64,000 bases of DNA, taken from Schizochytrium sp. TIO01 (Eukaryota; Protista; Bigyra: Labyrinthulomycetes). The stretch is taken from contig SMSO01000025.1 of assembly GCA_004764695.1 (NCBI GenBank), positions 3,658,001 through 3,722,000 of the forward strand. Reading direction: 5' to 3'. Shown here piece after piece: positions 37,855 to 47,972 of the stretch. The stretch's first letter is position 1, and each line of letters begins with the position of its first letter. The notes under the pieces were generated by a model. It had not been told where the DNA came from. It was given only the letters and a program-made list of their open reading frames with translations, and did no database searches. The translations under genes and the position numbers were made by a program.

Positions 37855-38787
37855 ATGGAGCCAGAAGAGGAGGCTGCCGCGAGCAGACGCTTGCCAGGGC
37901 GTAGCGGGTACTTGCTGCTACGAAGCGAGGCTTTCAAGCGTGATGGAACTTTGGTGATCAAGCTGCAACGAGTGTTTTGTGTTGTGAATGAAGATGAATT
38001 TTGGTGCGTTAAAGCGGAGGTGCTCGAGAAGGAGTTGACTGGAGGTACGCTTGAAGACAGAGCGCGCCAGCTCACTCCGTTGATTAGAATCCGTCTCGCA
38101 GAATGTCTGGCTGTAGAAATGACACCATACACAATCGAAGAAAGCATCGAAAAGATGCGTCTTCGAAAAAAGAATGATAAGCCATTGGCCTTTCGATTGA
38201 TTCGCTTCTGCCGCTATTCTCAACCAGCTAGAAAGGTTCCAAAAACAAACTCTACCATCACTCAAGGTATCAAGTTTCCGGTTCCTGCTCGAACTGTGCA
38301 ACCTGGGGAGGATGTGCTTGAGTTTGGAGCCGAAGCGTCTGGCAGTGTACGTGGATGGATTTCATACTTACAGAAGGCCACGTGGGCTTGTGGCGTAACA
38401 CTTCCACTCGAAGAGTTTCCACCACAGAAACCACATGCACTCCGAATCCTCCTCATGCCCGGTCTCGCATTTCCCTCCAGAGAAACAGCATTGGTCATCC
38501 ATGTGGATTTATACCAGCACTCTGCCCAAGATATCGCAAACTATATGCAAGAAACGTTAGGCGTTGCACCCGGCCAACTCCGCTTTGTTGTACAAGCCTC
38601 TGACAAAAAACCAAGAGCAGAATTAGGAAGAGCACACTTGAACACGACTTTGGAACACTGGTTGCAAGGACGCGAGGTTAGTGGAATCCCAGGTAACGTA
38701 ATCGAGGTTTGGAGTGCCTCTAAGGCACTTTCTACTTCAGCTGGGTATACTGCTGTTACAGAAATTGTGCGTAAAATAAGCTATTAG
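37855..38787 (+). CDS. PH-domain protein with a possible C-terminal ubiquitin-like domain
   Basis: GRSGYLLLR...KLQRVFCVV and EFGAEASGSVRGWISYLQKA frame a PH fold. QDIANYMQETLGVAPGQLRF resembles the UBL helix-strand. First ATG at 37855. Confidence 0.65.
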   Translation: MEPEEEAAASRRLPGRSGYLLLRSEAFKRDGTLVIKLQRVFCVVNEDEFWCVKAEVLEKELTGGTLEDRARQLTPLIRIRLAECLAVEMTPYTIEESIEKMRLRKKNDKPLAFRLIRFCRYSQPARKVPKTNSTITQGIKFPVPARTVQPGEDVLEFGAEASGSVRGWISYLQKATWACGVTLPLEEFPPQKPHALRILLMPGLAFPSRETALVIHVDLYQHSAQDIANYMQETLGVAPGQLRFVVQASDKKPRAELGRAHLNTTLEHWLQGREVSGIPGNVIEVWSASKALSTSAGYTAVTEIVRKISY

Positions 38788-39175
38788 CTTAGTAGAAGTA
38801 TACTGGGATGACTTCAACAATAATATGGGACAATTTATAGTGACCTCCTACACCCTAGTGCCCACATATATTCAGCCACGAAAATTATTTCTGCGCTAGC
38901 TCAGGCGTACAAGGGAGAATTAGTTTCCAATCGTACGTTGATAGTTAAGAAGCATTTCAAGCTGCAAAATGTCGTTAGAAAAGAACTTTCGTTAGACTTT
39001 CCTTAGCTCAGGAAAAAATTTCAACAATGATTTGAGTGTGAATAATTGGAAACAACCATTCTGTATCCCCCCACTCTATGTGTAATAGTCATAATTTAAA
39101 TAATTTCGCTCAAAGCTTTACCTGGCCTTAAATTATACGAGTTGGTGATAATATGGAATGACGAGACGATGACAG

Positions 39176-40651
39176 GTGTTAAAAACTCATCACTGGTGTA
39201 TCGATTTTGAAACAATTTGCTTTGGTACCTACATCCAGTCCTACCGTATGCCAAATTTTGAGCGTCTAGCTGCCTCTGGAGTTGACTTTCGAGATGGACA
39301 TTCGCATTCAAGTGTGTGCTCCCCGTCCCGTTTTTCAATCATGACAGGTGAGCATTGGTATCGTTATCGTAGTGATCGTGGCGTTTTGAACAGCAATTCT
39401 GCCCCTGCGCTCCGTGATGCTCCAAGTAATAGCAATGGAACAGTTACAACTATTGCTTCTCTGCTTCAGTCAATCGGCTATGGTACCTACTTTCTGGGCA
39501 AGTGGCACTTGGGACTTGAATTGCCAGTGAACTCTGCAGGAAAACGAGACTGGTCACTCCCTGTAAAAGGTGGACCCCTTGAATTTGGTTTTGACCACTG
39601 CCTAGCATTCTATGCCTTCAATGGGCTTATGACCTATTTGGAAGATGATTATTATCCTGAACCCCCGGACCATTACACCAAGCGTGATTCAAATACGTTT
39701 GGTATTCAAGATACCCCTAGTCAAAAGAAGTATGGTTGGGCCCGTTGCACGAGCACTTCTTCTACCTGTGAGGCAGTGGGCGCCTTCAAATCATCCAGTA
39801 ATAATGGTTATAGTCGAAGCATTGGTCCAAGTTTTGATCACCGTTTCATGCTGCAAGATCTCACGAAGCGGGCCATTTCTTACATTGACACGCACATGGA
39901 ATCAGCTCCAGATCAACCTTTTCTTGTGCATATGGCTTGGACAACCCCGCATCTGCCTCATTACCACCACCCTGACTTTGATGACAATGACTTTGGAGCC
40001 TACGTTTCAGTGATGGAAGAGCTTGACTACCGGCTTGGTGAGATTCTAGACACTCTTGACCGTTGGAATATCACCGAAGACACATTTATAGTTGCAACAA
40101 GTGACAATGGTCCTGAAACTAAGAGTTCTTACACCAAACACAATTTGCTCCCTGCGGCTGGTCTTCGTGCTGGTAAACGGTCCCTTTATGAAGGTGGCCA
40201 TCGTGTTCCTTTCATTGTTTCGTGGCCTCGGGTAATGCCCGCTGGTCTGAACATCACTGATGTTTATGTTGGTCAGGTTGACCTACTTTCAACAATTGCT
40301 GAAATGACAGGTGCGACCATTCCCGATGGTTCTGCCCGTGACAGTTTTAGTTCCTGGCGGGCTATTTGTGATGCCTCAAACGTGATACAGTCTGACATTC
40401 GCTCCAACCAACCGATGGTAAACGAACAACCTAGTGGAAGTGATGGTGGGGGTCTTGGTCGATCATTGCGTTGCGGAGACCTGAAATTGATTCCAACCTC
40501 GAGTAGTAAGTGGGAACTTTACAACATTTCTGCAGATCCTTACGAGCAAAACAATATTGCTAGTTCCCACTCTAGTATTGTATCAACGTATAAGACAGTT
40601 CTCAAGGAAATTATCAACAATGGATTTAGTGATAGCACTGCTATATGCTAA
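39176..40651 (+). CDS. Arylsulfatase (formylglycine-dependent S1 sulfatase); 5' end uncertain or truncated
   Basis: CSPSR (CxPxR), GKWHLG, PHLPH, TSDNG, YEGGHRVP and ELYNISADPYE motifs. The ORF starts at GTG 39176; first ATG at 39248. Confidence 0.9.
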   Translation: MLKTHHWCIDFETICFGTYIQSYRMPNFERLAASGVDFRDGHSHSSVCSPSRFSIMTGEHWYRYRSDRGVLNSNSAPALRDAPSNSNGTVTTIASLLQSIGYGTYFLGKWHLGLELPVNSAGKRDWSLPVKGGPLEFGFDHCLAFYAFNGLMTYLEDDYYPEPPDHYTKRDSNTFGIQDTPSQKKYGWARCTSTSSTCEAVGAFKSSSNNGYSRSIGPSFDHRFMLQDLTKRAISYIDTHMESAPDQPFLVHMAWTTPHLPHYHHPDFDDNDFGAYVSVMEELDYRLGEILDTLDRWNITEDTFIVATSDNGPETKSSYTKHNLLPAAGLRAGKRSLYEGGHRVPFIVSWPRVMPAGLNITDVYVGQVDLLSTIAEMTGATIPDGSARDSFSSWRAICDASNVIQSDIRSNQPMVNEQPSGSDGGGLGRSLRCGDLKLIPTSSSKWELYNISADPYEQNNIASSHSSIVSTYKTVLKEIINNGFSDSTAIC

Positions 40652-40684
40652 TACTTACCATCTGATTGTTCAACTCTCCGTTAC

Positions 40685-42490
40685 TTATGCATTAGATTGG
40701 GTTGAGCCCATCATTTCAAAAACCTCTATAAGGGTTGCTAACTCTCTTTCCTTTTCAACTTCAGCCAAAGAAGCAGTACCTGGCATCTTCTTTGCTTCGC
40801 CAAAATCAATGAAGTGAACCATGCCTGCATCTGCATCAAAAGCAATATTTCGGTCTGCAATGTCTCCATGTAAAACGCCAGCTGCATGGATAAGTTGAAG
40901 CGACTCCACAGCCCGATCTATAATCCACGGATGCCTATCAAGCATGAGACTAGTTGGATGTATACCCGAACTCGTCGTAGCGATCATTGGTCGTTGATGA
41001 AAGTGCCCGCCATAAACAAGAAAAGGGACTGCAATTCCTTGGAGAGCACGCAAAGGACCATTATAAAAGTCAATCTCCTTCAGGAAATGCTGCAACTGAC
41101 GATTGATTTCGTCAACATCGTGAGAGGTGTGAATAACAAAAGTTTTGACGTACACATCACGCACACCACCAATTGCGTTTGTGGTAATACGTGCAGTGTC
41201 TGCCAAATTTCCTGCACGTACAAATTGGAATGTAGATTTCCATGGTAGTGGCATACTAAAATGATTCTCATCAAGGGGAAGCAGATCTAAAAATCTTCTG
41301 CGTTTAATCTCGAGATCCTTAGGGAATTCCAGTGACGCATGCCTATGGTAATCCCTAATTTTCTCAAAAAATTCTCTTGCGGCCTGACCTGCTGATGCAT
41401 TGACTTTGTCATCGCTATCTAGATTGTCACCGTAAGTTTCTGCACAGTGGATGAAAAAATTAGCTTCGTCACCATCTAATGATGGAAAATACTCAATGGC
41501 ATCCTCGACGAGTCCATGTTTTAGACAGAACAAGAGTGCAAACAATGCCCGATTAGTTGTAATTGTTTCATCATCTGGACGAGACTCGCCCCTTGCGAAA
41601 CCACTTATTGGTGGAGTAATAAAAAGAGTGCCTTTGTTGTCTCGCTTAAGTAAGTAAGTAAATTCGTGGGTTGTATAAACCCCAAATCTGAGGCCGCGCG
41701 TTACCATGTAGCTGAAGAGTTGTTGAAGTCCAGCAAGAGCAGGTGCTTTTAAATCATTTCGATTCGACATGGAGGCAGTTGCGGCACGGGAAGACAGATC
41801 CGGTGACTGGAAGATCGTTACAACGTCGAGAGGCTTCTTGGCTTCAATAACCAAATAAGCGATTTCCCCAAAAAAAATTGTAACGTCGCTGCGAGACCCG
41901 ACTCCGTTTGTTCGCTCAACATCATCATTAATATTAGACATGTCAATTTCAGTAACTTCTTCACAAATGCTCTCAATGGGTGTGCAGCAGAACTTGTCGA
42001 AGTTCCTTCGGATGGTAGGTTCTTTGGATTGAATATTCAGAGACCGTGGCATTTTAAAGTTACTCCGACCAACTAGAAGAGATTCGTCATCGAGGGAGGT
42101 AACCCCCGTACTGATCACCTTATTAAAGATCTCTTCTCGAAAGGCTGCAAAAGGCCATTCACAAAGTTCGAGAAACGGAAGAGCCCAAGGCGATATTGCT
42201 GTACCCGGACGAGTTGCAGTGTGCGAGTCAACAGGTGAGCTCGTCAGATCATTAATTAGACGCATCCCCAGTCCTGTCCAAAGATACACGGCACGTCCAT
42301 AATTTCGCTGATCTATGCTCATGTAACGACGATATGTGTTCAACTCCTCCAAATTCTCATTGGAGAAAGTATAAAAGGCCTTGAGGGGTATTTCTCGAAA
42401 TCGGTTCCCCAGTTCATTTAGCGGGGTATTCGCCAGTTCGGCTAGAAGAGCTTCAGCATCGACCAAACCAGCGCCAAGTGGCTGAGCCAT
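40685..42490 (-). CDS. Crinkler/RHS-type restriction-endonuclease-fold + protein kinase fusion protein
   Basis: SRSDVTIF...LVIEAKKP...LQQLFSYM...RFGVYTT (PD-(D/E)xK with QxxxY), followed by kinase motifs VYVK, FLKEIDFY, LHGDIADRNI and FIDFG with a short C-lobe; intronless, 601 aa. Confidence 0.8.
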   Translation of the reverse strand: MAQPLGAGLVDAEALLAELANTPLNELGNRFREIPLKAFYTFSNENLEELNTYRRYMSIDQRNYGRAVYLWTGLGMRLINDLTSSPVDSHTATRPGTAISPWALPFLELCEWPFAAFREEIFNKVISTGVTSLDDESLLVGRSNFKMPRSLNIQSKEPTIRRNFDKFCCTPIESICEEVTEIDMSNINDDVERTNGVGSRSDVTIFFGEIAYLVIEAKKPLDVVTIFQSPDLSSRAATASMSNRNDLKAPALAGLQQLFSYMVTRGLRFGVYTTHEFTYLLKRDNKGTLFITPPISGFARGESRPDDETITTNRALFALLFCLKHGLVEDAIEYFPSLDGDEANFFIHCAETYGDNLDSDDKVNASAGQAAREFFEKIRDYHRHASLEFPKDLEIKRRRFLDLLPLDENHFSMPLPWKSTFQFVRAGNLADTARITTNAIGGVRDVYVKTFVIHTSHDVDEINRQLQHFLKEIDFYNGPLRALQGIAVPFLVYGGHFHQRPMIATTSSGIHPTSLMLDRHPWIIDRAVESLQLIHAAGVLHGDIADRNIAFDADAGMVHFIDFGEAKKMPGTASLAEVEKERELATLIEVFEMMGSTQSNA

Positions 42491-43106
42491 GGCACGTTTG
42501 GGCTAGCTTTCACTCCAAAGGGGACAGGGATGTCGCTAGTGCCTTGTTGCCTTCCGAGTGATGGCTTGCTAGCTTGCCTTGCAACTGGTTTGCGACTGAT
42601 GACTTGCCAGCTAGTTTGTGTTTGCCCAACCTTGTTGTTGCATCGTGAACAATGAAAATTTTTGAATTTTTATTATTTTAACACTATAACAAGTTGACTA
42701 TAATAAACTATAGCAATACATGAAAATGATTTCTTACTCTCACATACGCCTATTTACACATTTCAATAAGGTATCACTCACTCACTCACTTATTTACACA
42801 CCTACAGTAGTGTTGATTTAATCAGAAATTATATCATTTTTGAAAAAATAAATCTAATATTGGTCGAAAAGAAAATCAAATAAGAGAGTGCATCCACTCC
42901 TTCTCTCAGTCACTCATTCCTTCACTCACTCACTCACTTTCTCTCTCACTCACTTCCTCACTCACTAACTCACCTACTTACAATGGTTTTTGAATAAGTA
43001 TTAAGTAACTATTACTATTTAAAATCTTGAAGAATCTAAAACTTCAAACCCCGAATTCCAAACTCATTCTACAAAGGACTGTAGGCATTAGCTCAAGAAG
43101 GGAGCC

Positions 43107-43913
43107 ATGGATACTGCTAAGAATGAATATGCAAAGGTGCTTGAGGCCATCCAGCACATACGCAAGCAGGCCGGTGGTGAGCTCGAAATTCCTCAAATTT
43201 GTGTCCTTGGTGACCAAAGTAGTGGAAAATCCACATGGCTATCGTCTGTCGTTTCTGGTCTCAAAGGAGTACTCCCAGCTGGCCGTGGTACGGTAACACT
43301 TTGCCCTATTGTAGTGCATGTCAGGTGTGGCGAAAGTAGACATGTCGTTATTCGTAACACTGAGCAAACAATCCAGACCGATACAACAGATTGGCAGAAA
43401 ACTGCTCGGACAGCGCTTGAGGAACTCATGAAAAAAGTCACGAGTAGCTCTGACAGTGAATATGAAGACGGATACAGTACTAGTAGTGAAGGTACAGGAC
43501 AACCTCCGATTCATGTCAGTAAAGAAGAAATCACGGTTGAATACAGTGCTCCTGATGTACAAGATTTAGTTCTAGTTGACCTTCCCGGATTAATCCAAGC
43601 AGGTCCGTTTGTAGACGACATCGAAAAGATGGCGAGGAAATATATCAATCCCGTCTCGACACTGATTGTGATAACAAGAGAGGCTGATTTGGATCCAGAT
43701 CGGGCAGCTGCAGTCAGACTTGCTAACGAAGCAGATCCGGATGGAGACAGAACAATGGTTGTGTTAACAAAATGTGATATTTTTTTCGAACGACGAAGGA
43801 AGAAAGGCAGTTCTGAAGGAGATTTCCAATCAGAACTCGCCCGTCGATGCAACAGTATTAATTTTTATTTTGTTTTTTCTCATTCCATTCTCAATGTAGT
43901 AGTATATATCTGA
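43107..43913 (+). pseudogene. Dynamin/Mx-like GTPase, G domain only (truncated or frameshifted after the G4 motif)
   Basis: IPQICVLGDQSSGKST (G1), GRGTVTLCP (G2), LVDLPG (G3), DPDGDRTMVVLTKCD (G4). Similarity is lost right after a T7 run at 43780-43786; no stalk or GED domain is seen. Confidence 0.82.
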
Positions 43914-44539
43914 CGTGCCTTTTAACGAAAAGTACTGACAATTAACAGTGCGTAGAGGATTTATAAGGTTACAACGTAATCTTTTCAGATCTGTCGAAAG
44001 GTGTTGTATGAGAGTGGTACTTGCAGATTGTGCCCAATACGTAACAATAGTAACTGTGAATATATAAGGACTATCACAACAGATATGTGTACCATCATCG
44101 TAAGATTACTAACATGAGTAGAGGTACAGATCTTGACGGATTAAAAATAAGTAAGCGAGTTCATTGCAATTAAAATCAATGGATTTCAAAACTTAATTTT
44201 ATTTCCACTTTTAAAGAAATACACAAAGGAGGTTCCAACAAAGAAAAATAATCAAGACAAACACATCATTTCACTATAGCTTGCGCTGTGGAGGAAGCAA
44301 TTTTGATTTGCTTTTTCATATAAATAAAGATGATTGCATGAAAATGCTTCTTTAATATACAAATGTTCAAAACTAGTCATATTGTTGCGCAAATCTACAT
44401 GGTTTGATTTTTAACTTCTTGAAAAGCACCCACTGCAGGTACACCAACACAAGGGAAGACTATATCTGCTTGGAAAAGCTTCTAAACAACCCACTCATGT
44501 AAGAGAGGGGTCCAATATATAGTACATTGTGGTTGTCGT

Positions 44540-47500
44540 TCATTTGTTTTGGTGCTGGTGAAGATCTGACAATCCAGCGCTTCTACGAATGAAGCGGCCG
44601 AGCTTTGATCCAGTCTTATATGGCTTTGGAGGAGGAGTCGCGAGGTTGATTGCTTCCAAAGATATGTTCTTGTCTTCGAATTCGTGGTCACTCGTGGTAG
44701 AATCAGTTTCTTCCATCGAAAAGCTTATGCGAAAGCGAGATACAATGGAGCGACTAACAGACTTTTTTGTCAAATGGTGAGCATCTCTCGAGCAAAATGT
44801 GCCGATGAAATGTGCTGCTGCTTTTAGAGTTTTCTTGAGCTGCTTTTCTTTGACCGAACTCCGCATGAAGCTGTTATCCTGAGAATTCTTCTCATTGCTT
44901 GACATGGTTGTCTGTTCATGGAACATATGCTGGATTTGATCAAATCCTTTACATAACTCAGAGGTCCGCACAAACTGTTCACGCTCCTTCTTAGCAAAAA
45001 GCATGTCCTGAAGCTTCTCCACATCCTTCTCATTACCACGAAGACCCATGGCATGAAACAAACCTAACATACACTCAATAAGGTCAAGATCAACGCATTG
45101 ACCGTTTGGATCAACATGCACGAAAAGGTGCTCTGGGCGAAATAACGACATAGTGAATCTTCCAAAGTCACCTTTAGTATAGTCAAGGGCGAGAACGGTG
45201 TTTACTTGTGGCATTTGGTTCAGGTGTTGTAAAAGCTTGATCGACATGGCGATTGTTTCTAAACAGCTAGTATTGTCAACTTGTAGGCTACCAAAACCAA
45301 AAGACGATGACTTTTTAAGAAGTTTCGGTTGTGAACCCACACTATGCAAACTACGAAATGTTGCGCTCTCCAAAGAACTAGTTTTGTGGAGCCGAGACAG
45401 AGAGAATGAGCTATGTGAAGATTTCCGACGCATATTTCCAAAAGATTGATGACGGGAGAGACGGAAAGACCCAGCTTGCATGTCGGACACTGGAATAAGA
45501 TTTTGCTTCATAAGCGAGTTCATCCGCATAGAATGAGCGCCAGTATCGCTTTCACTATCAAAGAGGTCATCATCGTCTCCATCATCGGTTCCAGCATCCT
45601 CAACATGAGAATATTCGTCATCAGAGTCCGCATCAATAATACGAATACCATCAATATCATCTGCCCACGTGTCAGTGCTTGTCGCGAGTCCTAACCAATC
45701 GCTTGCTGAACTTGTTCCGAAAGCGGACGCGGACCAAGTTGCCAACTGTGCACGGTATTCAAACCATAAAGCATCGTCTGATCTTAGTGTTGCCGCCGCG
45801 TCTTGCTTCGACAGGTTAGATCGCTCTTTGTGCGATTTTCCTGAAGACGAGCTTGATGCAGAAGACGATGAGAGGCTATTCTTGATAGAATGACTATTTT
45901 TCTTAGTCGGTTCAGCATTTGTATTGTCAAATGGAGTAAAAAATACAAAGCCAATGACAAATCGCGCAAGTTCAATACAAGCTTCCCATCCCGGGTTATC
46001 TTCTGTTCGCCAGAAGCCAGATGCCTGCATCTGGCGAATAACGCTTAGAATAATTTGGCGCATGAGTCCACGCGATTGATCATCCCACTGCGAGACCTGC
46101 ATTGCGTGGGAGGTCAGGGTTATAAGCTGTGTTCCAAGGTTCCTGTATTGATGAAAGCAGTGCGATAAGCCACAAGATATGAGATTCAGACAAAATTTAA
46201 CCAAGTCTTGATCCTCTGAAGAAGAGATTTTCGCTTGCTGCTGACCCGTAGATACCAGCACAAAAAAGATGAGCGCATGCCAGTTTTCAGTCGCAACGAG
46301 TGCGTTGAGGTTATTAGGGCTTTGGACAGTTAGCAAATTAAAGCTTCGAAGATAAAATACACGCATGGACGCATCATCTCGGAGTAATGCAATACTTGAC
46401 AGCACTGGTACAATAAGGTGTGGCGCGGCAATTGGTGAGCCGAAAGGCTCAACCTTGCAGGCTTCGATCTGCAAGTGTTGTTGGCACATTAGTGAAGCTT
46501 CCTCAGGCTCCTGCATTTGATCGAGCATAATTTCCCAAAGTGCTTGAGTGTCGGAAGCAGCGACCCACGCTTCTATGCCAATTCCATTGCCACCTAAAGT
46601 TTTTCCAGTCAGAGCAATAATTGACCAGAGTGCAAAGTTGGCAAATGCAAGCTGAAGCCCACAAAGCACAGGGTCTTGCTGAGAGTGATTCACTCCAAAG
46701 CGTGGAGACATCAATCCATGATCATCGATATCTTTGGCTTCTGAGACTGATCTACGGAGTTCAACTGGAGTCTGGACCATCTGTTTCTTGAAAGTTTTGT
46801 GTTTTAAGTCAAAGAACTCGCTATCGAACCATGAACGACAAGATGCCATCTTCCAGCGCTGATTTGATAAAATCGAGGTTGGTGCACCCGCTATGCAATC
46901 ACTATATACATGCAGCGCTCGCCATGCAGCCTTGAAAGCCCAATAGCGCACAGTAGGATTCGTGTCGCTCATGAGATCAATGAGCATGTCCAAGAGGAAT
47001 CGAACTTCACTTGAATTCAAACCAGAGATAAAATCAAAAGAACAATGTTCATCAAAGAGAACAAGGCTGATAAAGTAGATGGCGTCTTCGGCTTTATGAG
47101 GACCACTGCCTTGCATGACATAGACGCGGTGTGCAAGTTGATCTACAGGGCTTACGCCACCTTCTGCAAAGGGCATCTGATATGGATTTGAGACAAAGAG
47201 TTCCCATATAGACTGACACGATCCCAGTTTTTTCCAATCAACATCAAGCCACTCGTGCCATCTCGATGCTTGGACATCTGGAAAGGCGCTACTATAACTT
47301 CGAGGACTTGCTGCGCTCGCAGTGTCATCAAAAAACTGTTGTTTGCCTTGGTTATGCGAATTTAGAGAGTCCAATCTTATACTGTTCCGATTGGATTCAT
47401 TATTCTTTGCGTTGACCTGAGTTGATGAGGAGAATACTGCTGCTGTAGCTGATGATGACGACGCCGATGAAGACTCTGTCGTATATGTTCTAAGTTTTTC

Positions 47501-47542
47501 TGAAGTAAAGTTTGTCGTGGCATAGTCCATGGCGGCTGCCAT
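44540..47542 (-). CDS. Large helical protein with a neurobeachin/BEACH-family-like solenoid segment
   Basis: About 1000-aa ORF; YLRSFNLLTVQSPNNLNALVATENWHALIF resembles the N-terminal solenoid of neurobeachin-like proteins. The frame stays open upstream of ATG 47542, so an extra exon is possible. Confidence 0.7.
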   Translation of the reverse strand: MAAAMDYATTNFTSEKLRTYTTESSSASSSSATAAVFSSSTQVNAKNNESNRNSIRLDSLNSHNQGKQQFFDDTASAASPRSYSSAFPDVQASRWHEWLDVDWKKLGSCQSIWELFVSNPYQMPFAEGGVSPVDQLAHRVYVMQGSGPHKAEDAIYFISLVLFDEHCSFDFISGLNSSEVRFLLDMLIDLMSDTNPTVRYWAFKAAWRALHVYSDCIAGAPTSILSNQRWKMASCRSWFDSEFFDLKHKTFKKQMVQTPVELRRSVSEAKDIDDHGLMSPRFGVNHSQQDPVLCGLQLAFANFALWSIIALTGKTLGGNGIGIEAWVAASDTQALWEIMLDQMQEPEEASLMCQQHLQIEACKVEPFGSPIAAPHLIVPVLSSIALLRDDASMRVFYLRSFNLLTVQSPNNLNALVATENWHALIFFVLVSTGQQQAKISSSEDQDLVKFCLNLISCGLSHCFHQYRNLGTQLITLTSHAMQVSQWDDQSRGLMRQIILSVIRQMQASGFWRTEDNPGWEACIELARFVIGFVFFTPFDNTNAEPTKKNSHSIKNSLSSSSASSSSSGKSHKERSNLSKQDAAATLRSDDALWFEYRAQLATWSASAFGTSSASDWLGLATSTDTWADDIDGIRIIDADSDDEYSHVEDAGTDDGDDDDLFDSESDTGAHSMRMNSLMKQNLIPVSDMQAGSFRLSRHQSFGNMRRKSSHSSFSLSRLHKTSSLESATFRSLHSVGSQPKLLKKSSSFGFGSLQVDNTSCLETIAMSIKLLQHLNQMPQVNTVLALDYTKGDFGRFTMSLFRPEHLFVHVDPNGQCVDLDLIECMLGLFHAMGLRGNEKDVEKLQDMLFAKKEREQFVRTSELCKGFDQIQHMFHEQTTMSSNEKNSQDNSFMRSSVKEKQLKKTLKAAAHFIGTFCSRDAHHLTKKSVSRSIVSRFRISFSMEETDSTTSDHEFEDKNISLEAINLATPPPKPYKTGSKLGRFIRRSAGLSDLHQHQNK

Positions 47543-47972
47543 GCCCCCTAAGAGGCAGCAGTTTTGACTTCGTGCCAAATAAAAACGGCGGCCAAGCTCT
47601 GCAGCAGGTTTAAAGCCTTCGCCAGCCACTCGGCAGGTCAGGCTTGGATGTCCACAGGATTCTGCCTCGCTACGTACGTCGCAGAGTTCGTGAGGCGCTT
47701 TGATTGCTGGAATAAATAAATTTTTATATTCTATAGTTGCGTGAGGCGCGTGGGTGCTTTACAAAAGCTACCTTAGTGACTCTTATTATTTCTTCTATTG
47801 AGAAGGACTAGTCGTTTGTGCACAAGCTTGTTCTTCTCCAGCTGAAGTTCCGAAGGTGCGCTCGTGCTAGGTGCTGCTGAAGACGAAAGGAATTTGGTCG
47901 TTTGTGCGTTTGTTTGGTGGTTTGGTGGTTTGGCTTTAGTCTGCCGATGACAAAATGCCGCTTGCAGCTCGG

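Noticed and set aside
38790-44450. Sulfatase/kinase/dynamin block as a defined transposon
   Set aside because: No terminal inverted repeats, target-site duplication or transposase were found by eye.
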